A stretch of 64,000 nucleotides of DNA. Origin: Spirochaetia bacterium (lineage in GTDB: Bacteria; Spirochaetota; Spirochaetia; UBA9216). Under the pieces are notes generated by a model that saw nothing but the letters and a program-made list of their open reading frames with translations, had not been told where the DNA came from and made no database searches. Where the stretch lies: NCBI GenBank assembly GCA_963677925.2, contig CAXXYH010000003.1, positions 416,001 to 480,000 of the forward strand, given 5' to 3'. A program made the position numbers and the translations under genes. Below, piece after piece: positions 55,562 through 64,000 of the stretch. Numbering within the stretch: position 1 is the first letter of the stretch; each line of letters starts with the position of its first letter.

Positions 55562-58500
55562 TTTTTATTCTCCTTTTACGGTCGTACAGGAAACCGTAGA
55601 ATGACGGTATAAACAGAAGAGCAGTAGCAGTCGAAAAAATCAGACCGAAAACAATGGTAGTTGCCATAGGTCCCCATACGACCGACTTTCCTCCAAGACC
55701 GAGCGCAGTCGGGAGAAGTCCGGCTATTGTTGTTAAAGATGTAAGCATAATCGGACGCAGCCTTGTAGCAGCCGCCTCCACTACAGCATCCCCGGTATTC
55801 ACCCCGGAGGCCTTTAGCTCGTTTATAAAGCTTATCAGGACTATCGAATCATTTACTGCAATTCCTGCAAGTGCAACACCGGCATATAAAACAGTGGTTG
55901 AAAATGGTGTTCCGGAGAAAAACAGGTAAAGTATAACTCCGGCAAATGCAAATGGGACTGTCAGCAATATCAATACAGGCTGTGTGTAGGAATTAAACTG
56001 TGCACCGAGAATTAAATAAATCAGAAAGGCGCCGATAAGAAAGAGCCTGAGGATATTGAGGATAAGATTAGAAAGTTCTGCGAACTCCCCTCCTACCTTC
56101 AGTTCAATTTCCGGATAAACAGGCGATATTTCTGTATTGAAAAAATCTTCAATCGATGTGTTTATATCAGGAACGGCATCATCATTGTAAGCGTCTGCAG
56201 AAATGGTAATCTCTCTTCTTCCGTCAACACGCTTTATCGATGAAAAGCCTTCCTCCTGCTCGACATAGCCGATGGATGTAAAAGGCACAAGGACTCCAGA
56301 AGATGAAGGAATTTTCATCTGATTAACCAGTCTGAATTCTACAGGTCTTTCAAGCTTGTATCTTACAACCACATCAGTTTCTTTATTTCTTCTGAAAATA
56401 GTTGTTGCTGTAACTCCATCAAACGAAGCTCTGACAAAGTTTCCCACATCTGCTACAGAAACACCCAAAGCGCTGGCGCGTTCACTGTCAATTTTAAGTC
56501 TGATTTCGGGCTTCCCGTTCTGAAGATTATCTTCGATATTAACAAGAGCATTATATGACCTTAATTTCTCCTGTATCAGTGTAGATACGGTTTTAAGATC
56601 TTCATAATCATCCCCTTCAAACCTGATGGTAAAAGCCTGCTCAACCGGCGGACCGTTAGCCGCTTTACGGTAAATCACCTTTTCAGGCCCGGGAACTTTT
56701 TTCAGTATATCTTTAACTTCTTCTATGATTTCAGGTATTGAACGAGTACGGCCGTCTTTTACCTCTTCAAGATCGACAGTAATCTGAGCCACGTTGTTAC
56801 CGTTTAAGTTTCCGGAGCTCCCGCCTGAATAACCTGCAGATGAAGTTATTGAAGTTATTTCACCATTGCCGATAAGCGGAAATAATTCGGCTTCCATTTC
56901 CGAAACAACATCAAGGGTTTTCTCGAGCCGAGTTCCGGGGGCCATTTCAATATTCACATAAAACAAGCTGTAATCTTCGGCACTGAAAAGATCCTGGTTA
57001 AGTCCGGGCACCAGAGCAAATGATGCAAGCATCATTATAATAAAGATTATTACAGTTAATCCCCTGTGCCGGTATACAGATGAAATAATTTTCTTATAAC
57101 GATTGCGTACCGGAACAAACCAGTCTTTAAGTTTTTTAGTTTTTGCAGAGGGCCAGTCTGCATAATGACTGGGAATAAAGACTATTGCCTCGAATGTGGA
57201 GGCGATAAGGGCTATGGAAACAGTTAGAGGAATAATCCGAAGAAACCGGCCTATGGTTCCGGGAAGTATCATCAAAGGAAGAAATGCAGCGACAGTAGTG
57301 CCAGTTGCCGCGATTACAGGAATTACGACCTGGTTTACACCTTTAATTGCAGCCTCGCGTCTGTCTAGACCGTCCTGCTGAAGCCGGTAGCTGTTCTCAA
57401 TTATGACTATGGCATGATCGACAATCATACCGAGAACCAGAACAAGGCCAAATAGAGTATTCGTGTTAAAAGTCTCACCGAGATAATCGAGTATCAGAAA
57501 CGTGATAGCAAAAGTGACAGGAATTCCCAAAGCAGTCATAAGAGCATTTCTCAAGCCTATAAAGACAATGAGTATGATTACCAGAAGAACAAGCCCTAGC
57601 ATTGCATTATTCAGCAGAACACCTATACTGTCTTTAATTTGAATGGTGGAATCATTCTGGAGCTGTATTTTTACACCGGGATATTCCTCGTAGGAAAATT
57701 CTGCAACGGCGGTTTTTACTCCTGCAACAATCGAAGAGGCATCACCGCCTGCAACTTTTGCCACCTTTAAAAGAACTGCATCTTCTCCATTAAACCTCAC
57801 ATATTCACCTGAATCGGAAAAGACAGATTTAACTTCTGCTAAATCACCTACCCTGATTACACCGCTTGAGTCGCTTGTCCTCACAATAAGTTTCTCAAAA
57901 CTCTCCGATGTATCAGCCTCTGCAACGGTTCGAACAAGGTATTCTCTTCCGCTTGTTTCAAGATCTCCGCCTGGGTAGTTTCCGGTATTTGACTGAATTG
58001 TTCTTACTATCTGACTGATAGTTATTCCTAAGGATTCCAATCTTGATTTATCAGCATCAACAAATATTTTCCTCTCACGTTCGCCGACCGTACTTACAGA
58101 TGAGACCTGTGAAATTTTTTCAATTTCTGAAGAGAGAATCTCCGAGGCTTCTACTATTACCGGATAGGGAAGTTTTCCATAGACAGCTACTTCAATTACA
58201 GGCAGGAAGTCAGCAGATGAGAACTCATCAATAATTGCCGGCAGAGTTCCGTCCGGTAAAGAAATCCTTGAAAACCTTGTCTGAACATCCTGTACATACC
58301 GTCCAAACTCATCATTTGTGATTCCGTCATCAAATTCTACTCTTACTGTGCTTAAACCTTCGCTGCTTACAGACTGTATGCGCTTCAGATCCTTTAAGCC
58401 GTCCATCTCATTCTCTATTTTTACAGTAACAGAAGATTCAACATCTTCAGCCGAAACGCCTGGATATGGCACTATGATATTCACCCAGTAAAAAGGAACT

Positions 58501-58616
58501 TCTGCAAACTGTTCCTGAGGCAGTTGAAGCATACTGAAAGTTCCTAATATTATGAGGGTTATCATAAGAATAGTTAGAAGAACCGGGTTTTTAACCGAAA
58601 ACTTTCCTATATTCAT
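55551..58616 (-). CDS. RND efflux transporter permease (AcrB/AcrD/AcrF family)
   Basis: YPGVSAEDVE, GMIVDHAIVIIEN and RLRPIMLTSLTT motifs; 1021 aa. Confidence 0.95.
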   Translation of the reverse strand: MNIGKFSVKNPVLLTILMITLIILGTFSMLQLPQEQFAEVPFYWVNIIVPYPGVSAEDVESSVTVKIENEMDGLKDLKRIQSVSSEGLSTVRVEFDDGITNDEFGRYVQDVQTRFSRISLPDGTLPAIIDEFSSADFLPVIEVAVYGKLPYPVIVEASEILSSEIEKISQVSSVSTVGERERKIFVDADKSRLESLGITISQIVRTIQSNTGNYPGGDLETSGREYLVRTVAEADTSESFEKLIVRTSDSSGVIRVGDLAEVKSVFSDSGEYVRFNGEDAVLLKVAKVAGGDASSIVAGVKTAVAEFSYEEYPGVKIQLQNDSTIQIKDSIGVLLNNAMLGLVLLVIILIVFIGLRNALMTALGIPVTFAITFLILDYLGETFNTNTLFGLVLVLGMIVDHAIVIIENSYRLQQDGLDRREAAIKGVNQVVIPVIAATGTTVAAFLPLMILPGTIGRFLRIIPLTVSIALIASTFEAIVFIPSHYADWPSAKTKKLKDWFVPVRNRYKKIISSVYRHRGLTVIIFIIMMLASFALVPGLNQDLFSAEDYSLFYVNIEMAPGTRLEKTLDVVSEMEAELFPLIGNGEITSITSSAGYSGGSSGNLNGNNVAQITVDLEEVKDGRTRSIPEIIEEVKDILKKVPGPEKVIYRKAANGPPVEQAFTIRFEGDDYEDLKTVSTLIQEKLRSYNALVNIEDNLQNGKPEIRLKIDSERASALGVSVADVGNFVRASFDGVTATTIFRRNKETDVVVRYKLERPVEFRLVNQMKIPSSSGVLVPFTSIGYVEQEEGFSSIKRVDGRREITISADAYNDDAVPDINTSIEDFFNTEISPVYPEIELKVGGEFAELSNLILNILRLFLIGAFLIYLILGAQFNSYTQPVLILLTVPFAFAGVILYLFFSGTPFSTTVLYAGVALAGIAVNDSIVLISFINELKASGVNTGDAVVEAAATRLRPIMLTSLTTIAGLLPTALGLGGKSVVWGPMATTIVFGLIFSTATALLFIPSFYGFLYDRKRRIKNEK

Positions 58617-58627
58617 AGTCGTCTCCC

Positions 58628-59692
58628 TTAGTTCCTAAGTCTGAAAATAACAGGATATCCGTCTGCAAGACTCTTTATTCCGGTTACAAGAACTGTTTCT
58701 CCCTGCACGAGTCCCGATCTGATTTCTATCCGGTCGCCGGCAAGCTTACCGGGTTCTACTTCTGTAAGTCGTGCCCTTCCATGCTGTTCTACATATACAA
58801 AACTGCTGCCTCCGAAATTGACCACGGCTGCAGAAGGTATTACAAGGCTGTCTTCAACTTCAGGATTAATACTGACTACTGCGGGCATACCTGAACGAAT
58901 TCTTGTTCCGTATGGATTATCCGCCGAGACTATAACTTTGAAGCTGCCGGTGGCTCTGTCACTGCTGAGTGCAACAGCCTCTACTTCAGAATCTATTTCA
59001 AGTCCGTCCACCATGATTACTGCAGGGGCACCTTCTGATATATTTCCTACATCATCATCACTTACAAAAACATCGACCTTAACACCTGAAAGATCAACAA
59101 CAACACCTATAGGACTTCCCGTAGAAAGATAGCTGCCTTCTTCCAGGCTGCTGTTAAGATCTGCAAGATATCCTTCTAAAGGAGCAGTAATTGAAGTATT
59201 TTCGTAATTTTTTCGAGCCTGCTCCAGCCTGGCTTCTGCGCCTGTATAAGCACTTTTTGCCTTTATATATTCTGCATTACTTGCATTGCCGTTACGGTAT
59301 GCCCGCTCAACAGCATCATAGTCAATCTTTATACTTTCTAAATCCTGCTCTGCCTGCCTTAAATTGAGAACAGCTATTGAATCATCAATAGTTATAATTG
59401 GTGCTCCTGCTTTAAGATAATCACCGATACCGGCCTTCAGGGCGGTAATCTTACCAGAAGTTTCTGCTACAACCGAGGCTTCCTTCACTCCCCTTAAAAG
59501 CCCGGAGGCGTCAACTGATGAAACCAGCTTTCCGTAATCAGCGTTGTATGCCTCAACCGAAACAGGGTCCGGTTCTGCAGGTATTGGACTTGATGTACTG
59601 ACATCGTCCGCTTTTCCCGGGGAACATGAAAGAGCAAAAAATGAAGTTATACTAATTACTGCAGATACAATGATAATTCTGGAACTTTTCAT
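58628..59692 (-). CDS. RND periplasmic adaptor (membrane fusion lipoprotein)
   Basis: Lipobox ALSC; ETSGKI, ITAPLEG, IPSAAV and GLVQGE motifs; AGGAG RBS before ATG 59692. Confidence 0.9.
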   Translation of the reverse strand: MKSSRIIIVSAVISITSFFALSCSPGKADDVSTSSPIPAEPDPVSVEAYNADYGKLVSSVDASGLLRGVKEASVVAETSGKITALKAGIGDYLKAGAPIITIDDSIAVLNLRQAEQDLESIKIDYDAVERAYRNGNASNAEYIKAKSAYTGAEARLEQARKNYENTSITAPLEGYLADLNSSLEEGSYLSTGSPIGVVVDLSGVKVDVFVSDDDVGNISEGAPAVIMVDGLEIDSEVEAVALSSDRATGSFKVIVSADNPYGTRIRSGMPAVVSINPEVEDSLVIPSAAVVNFGGSSFVYVEQHGRARLTEVEPGKLAGDRIEIRSGLVQGETVLVTGIKSLADGYPVIFRLRN

Positions 59693-59720
59693 ATAATTCT
59701 CCTTATATAATAAAAGTAAT

Positions 59721-59787
59721 ATCACATAACGTGTTTGTAAAGAACTTTTATAAAAACTTTTTCTTTTACTTAATCACATTTTGTGTT
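59721..59787. promoter_or_regulatory. Two copies of a candidate operator ATCACATnnnGTGTT in the divergent intergenic region
   Basis: ATCACATAACGTGTT (59721-59735) and ATCACATTTTGTGTT (59773-59787). Confidence 0.6.
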
Positions 59788-59798
59788 ATTTTATTATT

Positions 59799-60680
59799 AT
59801 GAAACAGACTCAGGAATTATCCGACAGGCTCAGACTGTACAGAAAAAGAAAGGGAATCACACAAAAAGAACTTGCATCAGAAATTGGTATTGTTCAAACT
59901 GCTGTAGCCAACTATGAAACCGGAAAACGAAATCCCGATCTTGAGACATTGATAAAACTTGCAGATTTTTTTGAAACAAGTCTGGATGAGTTTACAGGCA
60001 GAGACTTCAATAATTCTCAGACAACATTTCAGGCCTTTAACTACCGTAAATCTGCTGAACTCTTAAAAGAAACTGATAAATTTCTTAACATATGTCTTAG
60101 CTCCAGAATGGAAGCAGGAAATTTCTGTCTTAATCTTCTCAACAGTAAACTTTATACCGAAGAGCAGATATTCCTTGATTTACTTATACCATCTCTGCAA
60201 AAAACAGGTGACGGATGGAATGAAGGAATATACGGAGTAGAAGAAGAGCATTTAATAAGTGAGACAATCCTTGAGTGCATTATTTCTGTACACACGCACA
60301 CCCCCCACTCCTTACCTCTTAAAGGAACTATATGCAGCATGACTCCAAGCGGAGAGCAGCACACACTTGGACTTCGAATAGCAAGCTATCTGCTTGAGCA
60401 TGCGGGATGGAAAAATCAATTTCTTGGAGCTCAGGTTCCTGCAGGGGCATTAATTGATTATTTAAGAGAAAAACAAACAGACATTCTTCTGATTTCCGTG
60501 ACTCTGAATGAAAATATTGACTCTGCCGCAGGTATTATCAAAGCCGTAAGGCGTGAATTCGGATCAAGAATTAGAATTGCAGCCGGCGGCGCGGCTGTTT
60601 CGTCTTTGCCCGAAGAAGCTTCAAAAGCTTCAGATCTTGTTTCCGATGATATAGTTGAAATAATCAATTGGGCAAACTAA
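59799..60680 (+). CDS. XRE-HTH plus cobalamin-binding domain transcriptional regulator
   Basis: TQKELA..ANYETGKRNPD (XRE); GDGW-x9-EH; GEQHTLG, FLGAQVP, ISVT and AAGG (B12-binding Rossmann domain). Confidence 0.87.
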   Translation: MKQTQELSDRLRLYRKRKGITQKELASEIGIVQTAVANYETGKRNPDLETLIKLADFFETSLDEFTGRDFNNSQTTFQAFNYRKSAELLKETDKFLNICLSSRMEAGNFCLNLLNSKLYTEEQIFLDLLIPSLQKTGDGWNEGIYGVEEEHLISETILECIISVHTHTPHSLPLKGTICSMTPSGEQHTLGLRIASYLLEHAGWKNQFLGAQVPAGALIDYLREKQTDILLISVTLNENIDSAAGIIKAVRREFGSRIRIAAGGAAVSSLPEEASKASDLVSDDIVEIINWAN

Positions 60681-60818
60681 ACAGTAAACATACATAGATT
60701 TAGAACTTATCAACACATAATATTTACATTTTTAATGCTTATTTGTAAGTTTTATGTTTACATAACTCTGTATTTATCGTACAAACATTAATATATACAC
60801 TCAAAGGGAGAAGTAAAA

Positions 60819-62666
60819 ATGATGAGCTCATATTCAGGCCTAAGGACTGTTCCAGCAAGAAAATATGAATTAATCGACGTGAAAGACCCGCAGCTTTATC
60901 GTGAACAGTTCCCCTATACTGAAGTGCCTAAAATTCTTTTCGATGGCACAACAGTTCCCCTGGATTTTCCGGAAGATATATGGATAACCGACACAACCTT
61001 CCGCGACGGGCAGCAGGCCCGTTCTCCCTATACACCGGTACAGATAAAAGAAATCTTTTCCATGCTGCACAAGCTGGCTGGAGATTCCGGAATAATCAGG
61101 CAGAGCGAGTTCTTCCTTTATAGCCATCGTGACCGTGAGGCTGTGGAAGCCTGTCTTTCACTTGGTTATAAATTTCCTGAAATTACCGGATGGATAAGAG
61201 CTAACGCTGAAGATTTCAAACTTGTAAAATCAATCGGCCTTAAGGAAACCGGAATTCTAACATCGGTATCCGATTATCATATATTCCTGAAGCTTAAAAA
61301 AAACCGGGCCCGTACAATGGATGAATATCTCGGCATAGTCAAGGCGGCTCTTTCAGAGGGAATAATTCCCCGGTGTCATTTTGAGGATGTTACTCGCTCG
61401 GATATATACGGGTTCTGCATACCATTTGCTCAGGAACTTAAAAGGCTGTCTGATGAAAGCGGTACACCTGTAAAGATAAGATTATGCGATACTATGGGAT
61501 ACGGTCTTTCATACCAGGGAACAGTACTGCCGCGAAGTATACCAAAGCTGCTGTATGCGTTTCGCAGGGACGCAGATTATCCGTCAGAATGGCTGGAATG
61601 GCATGGGCACAACGATTTTCACAAGGTGCATACAAACGCTGCAACAGCCTGGCTATACGGAGCATCATCATTAAATGCATCTCTGCTCGGTTACGGCGAA
61701 AGAACAGGAAATCCGCCTCTTGAAGCCGCGGTTATTGAATATATTGGATTGAAAGGCAGCAGCAGCGAACTTGATACGAGGGTAATAACTGAAATTGCCG
61801 AGTACTATCGAAATACAATCAAGGCTGTAATTCCCACTAATTACCCCTTCATTGGAGAAGAATTCAATACAACAAGAGCCGGTGTACATGCAGATGGAAT
61901 TTTAAAGAATGAAGAAATTTATAACATTTTTGATACTGGCAGACTACTTAACCGTCCGCTTAAACTGATGATAACAGATAAAGCCGGAGCTGCCGGGATT
62001 GCCGCCTGGCTTACCGATTATGTAAAATTTGAGAATACACTCGAAACGGTAGAAGTAAGCAAACGACATCCCGGCGTAAAAAGGATTTACGAATGGGTTA
62101 TGGAACAGTATGCTCAGGGCCGTACAACAAGTATATCAACCGATGAAATGATAGCTCAGGCAAAACACCATATTCCGTCCCTTTTTGAATCAGACTTTCA
62201 GAAAGTTAAGAAGGCTGCAGTTCTCAAGGCTACAAGAATCGCAGAAAAGATTTCAGGTTCCCCTGAAGTGCTCTCTATGAATGCAGATACAATGGAAAAA
62301 TATCTTAACAACATTGCAAAGGAAGAAGGGTCAATACAGCTTCTTTCCATTATCAATACAGACGGCCAAAGACTGTCTCAGGTATATACACAGCGCGGAG
62401 ATAAAGGCAGCTTCCGTAATCTGATGAATAAAAACTTTACTGAGAAAGACTGGTTTCAGAGTGTTCTTGATAAGAAAGAACGTTTCGTGTCGGATTTGTT
62501 TTTTTCAAAATACACAGGCCGTATGATTATTACGATAGCCGAGCCGATACTTAATCCGGAAGGAAACGTGGCGGCAGTTGTTGATGTTGATTTTATATTT
62601 GATGAACTTGTCAAACTGCTAAGCAATATTCCTGATGAAATACTGGAAAGAAGAAAATCATTCTAG
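60819..62666 (+). CDS. Re-citrate synthase-like DRE-TIM enzyme with a C-terminal Cache/PDC-like extension
   Basis: ITDTTFRDGQQ, IRQSEFFLY, SVSDYHIF, HFEDVTR, CDTMG, HGHND, GERTGN and TRAGVHADG motifs; tail with KDWFQ..VSDLFFSKYTGRMIITIA. Confidence 0.8.
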   Translation: MMSSYSGLRTVPARKYELIDVKDPQLYREQFPYTEVPKILFDGTTVPLDFPEDIWITDTTFRDGQQARSPYTPVQIKEIFSMLHKLAGDSGIIRQSEFFLYSHRDREAVEACLSLGYKFPEITGWIRANAEDFKLVKSIGLKETGILTSVSDYHIFLKLKKNRARTMDEYLGIVKAALSEGIIPRCHFEDVTRSDIYGFCIPFAQELKRLSDESGTPVKIRLCDTMGYGLSYQGTVLPRSIPKLLYAFRRDADYPSEWLEWHGHNDFHKVHTNAATAWLYGASSLNASLLGYGERTGNPPLEAAVIEYIGLKGSSSELDTRVITEIAEYYRNTIKAVIPTNYPFIGEEFNTTRAGVHADGILKNEEIYNIFDTGRLLNRPLKLMITDKAGAAGIAAWLTDYVKFENTLETVEVSKRHPGVKRIYEWVMEQYAQGRTTSISTDEMIAQAKHHIPSLFESDFQKVKKAAVLKATRIAEKISGSPEVLSMNADTMEKYLNNIAKEEGSIQLLSIINTDGQRLSQVYTQRGDKGSFRNLMNKNFTEKDWFQSVLDKKERFVSDLFFSKYTGRMIITIAEPILNPEGNVAAVVDVDFIFDELVKLLSNIPDEILERRKSF

Positions 62667-62699
62667 GACAATTGCCCGGGTTTCCTGTTTCTGGAAGCC

Positions 62700-64000
62700 C
62701 TACTCCTGATAGATTTTAATTAATTCTTTCTTTATTTTATCTACACCGGCAGAAAGTACGGCGGTTCTGAACTCTATATTTTCCAAAAATGAGATGGTAA
62801 TAGCAGAGAGCATTTTTCGTTCACTGTCAGGACATGGATCAGGAGCGAACATAAAAATCATCCGTTTATCATTTTCTTTACTGAATCTGATTACTCCTGC
62901 AGCTGGTTCTGACACTGTCTTTGATTTACAGTGAATTATTCTTATGTTCCATTCATCAACGACAAGTTCACCAAGTTCTTCACGCTTTTTTATGTCTCTT
63001 GTCAGACCGCGGCAGTCAGTAACTGAATCCTTAAGAAATCTCGGCAGCTTTCTGATAATCTGTTCAAAATTCGAAGATTCTTCCATTTCAACAATTCTGA
63101 ATGAATTAATAAATCTTACGATCCTGCTGAATGAGGGAAATCCTGATTCAGCTTTAAACTCTTCAAATTTAACAGGAGCATCCATGTTACGGCTGCTTTT
63201 CATCACTTCCCCTGCAGCCTTTTCAATACTTGAGATTAGTGTCTCACGATTAATCGGCAGCGATACCGGTATAACCGGAATATCCAGACCGCTTATAGGA
63301 AATGTAGAAATTACAAGTTCAATACCATTTGCATCAAGATATTCCTGCCGTATCTTAAACACTGCAGTAGCTTCAACAATATTTATATGATCTATCTCTC
63401 TGGTTAGCAGCGACTTTAAATACGAGGCAAGACCGATTCCCTCAAAGCAGCAGATAAGACAGCGTACTTTCTTATCAGGCAGATCCGCTCTGGTGAATAT
63501 CATCGAATGAAAATAAAGAAGAATATAATCGATGACTTTTGAATCGGCTTCAAGACCAAAAAATTCTCTAAGCAGATTATCAAGGATCAATCCCTTCTTT
63601 TTTCTATCCCATTTTTCAGAGGAAGTCTCCCCCCACTCGCCATGCCAGAACGGAATACCGTTTTTCAATCTGAGTATAAGAGAAGCGGAGGCAATTTTTA
63701 AAACCGACTCAAGATTATCATTCAGATAATACTGCCTGCTGTCCAGTATCCCGTATTCAGATATCAGTTTTTGTGTAAATCCGGTTACTGCATCAGTAAT
63801 CATTCCGTTGAAATGTTTATCTGAATTCAGAACATTTATATCGCCGGGTTCAAGAACCTGCATTAAAAGACCAAGAAAATTATATTCCTGCTCCGGCAGA
63901 CTGCCGCTGAATATCCGTGAAGTAAGCTTTCCAAGCACAGTTTCCGATAGATTCCTGAAATATGGAGAACATTCTGAAAAATTAGAATCCGTTATTAGGG
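62700..64000 (-). CDS. PRD/BglG-LicR/MtlR-type PTS-regulated transcription regulator (partial, starts beyond right edge)
   Basis: PRD-like YILLYFH, EIIB-like CCFEGIGLASYL and EIIA-like KKREELG..IIHC; the frame is open to the window end. Confidence 0.75.
   Translation of the reverse strand, partial: LITDSNFSECSPYFRNLSETVLGKLTSRIFSGSLPEQEYNFLGLLMQVLEPGDINVLNSDKHFNGMITDAVTGFTQKLISEYGILDSRQYYLNDNLESVLKIASASLILRLKNGIPFWHGEWGETSSEKWDRKKKGLILDNLLREFFGLEADSKVIDYILLYFHSMIFTRADLPDKKVRCLICCFEGIGLASYLKSLLTREIDHINIVEATAVFKIRQEYLDANGIELVISTFPISGLDIPVIPVSLPINRETLISSIEKAAGEVMKSSRNMDAPVKFEEFKAESGFPSFSRIVRFINSFRIVEMEESSNFEQIIRKLPRFLKDSVTDCRGLTRDIKKREELGELVVDEWNIRIIHCKSKTVSEPAAGVIRFSKENDKRMIFMFAPDPCPDSERKMLSAITISFLENIEFRTAVLSAGVDKIKKELIKIYQE

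Noticed and set aside
59692-59799. Cobalamin riboswitch near the B12-binding regulator
   Set aside because: The intergenic region is only about 105 bp, AT-rich, and lacks the conserved B12-box elements.

Overview
A 64 kb bacterial chromosomal segment, most likely from an anaerobic free-living Spirochaetota member. The evidence is the holB-cvpA-murG core synteny, spirochete-style signal peptides, and PEGA, GLUG and Kelch lipoproteins. I found no rRNA, tRNA, CRISPR array, transposase or phage genes. From left to right: core genes; a binding-protein plus HisKA_2 kinase sensor pair; a self-contained galactitol-family PTS operon with its own EI and HPr; a metal-homeostasis block (permease pair, Zur-like Fur, ZnuA, FeoAB, a second Fur with DUF5320) carrying three different operator motifs; dihydropyrimidinase; surface lipoproteins; an IclR regulator with kdgK; a mannosylfructose/sucrose-phosphate synthase with a phosphatase-glycosidase fusion; and hemerythrin. 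The main candidate for an undescribed system is an 18 kb, 18-gene cluster (34019-52161) behind a sigma54-type promoter. It encodes a GabT-like transaminase, an ALDH lacking its catalytic Cys, LarA, AOR with MoaD, TRAP and ECF transporters, an M20 hydrolase, a PuuE-like deacetylase and a nucleoside hydrolase. The window ends with an RND efflux operon divergent from an XRE/cobalamin-binding (CarH-signature) regulator, a Re-citrate synthase with a Cache-like tail, and a partial PRD regulator. Four +1 frameshifts and one nonsense codon suggest residual sequencing error or gene decay. All family calls come from motif recognition, not database searches.
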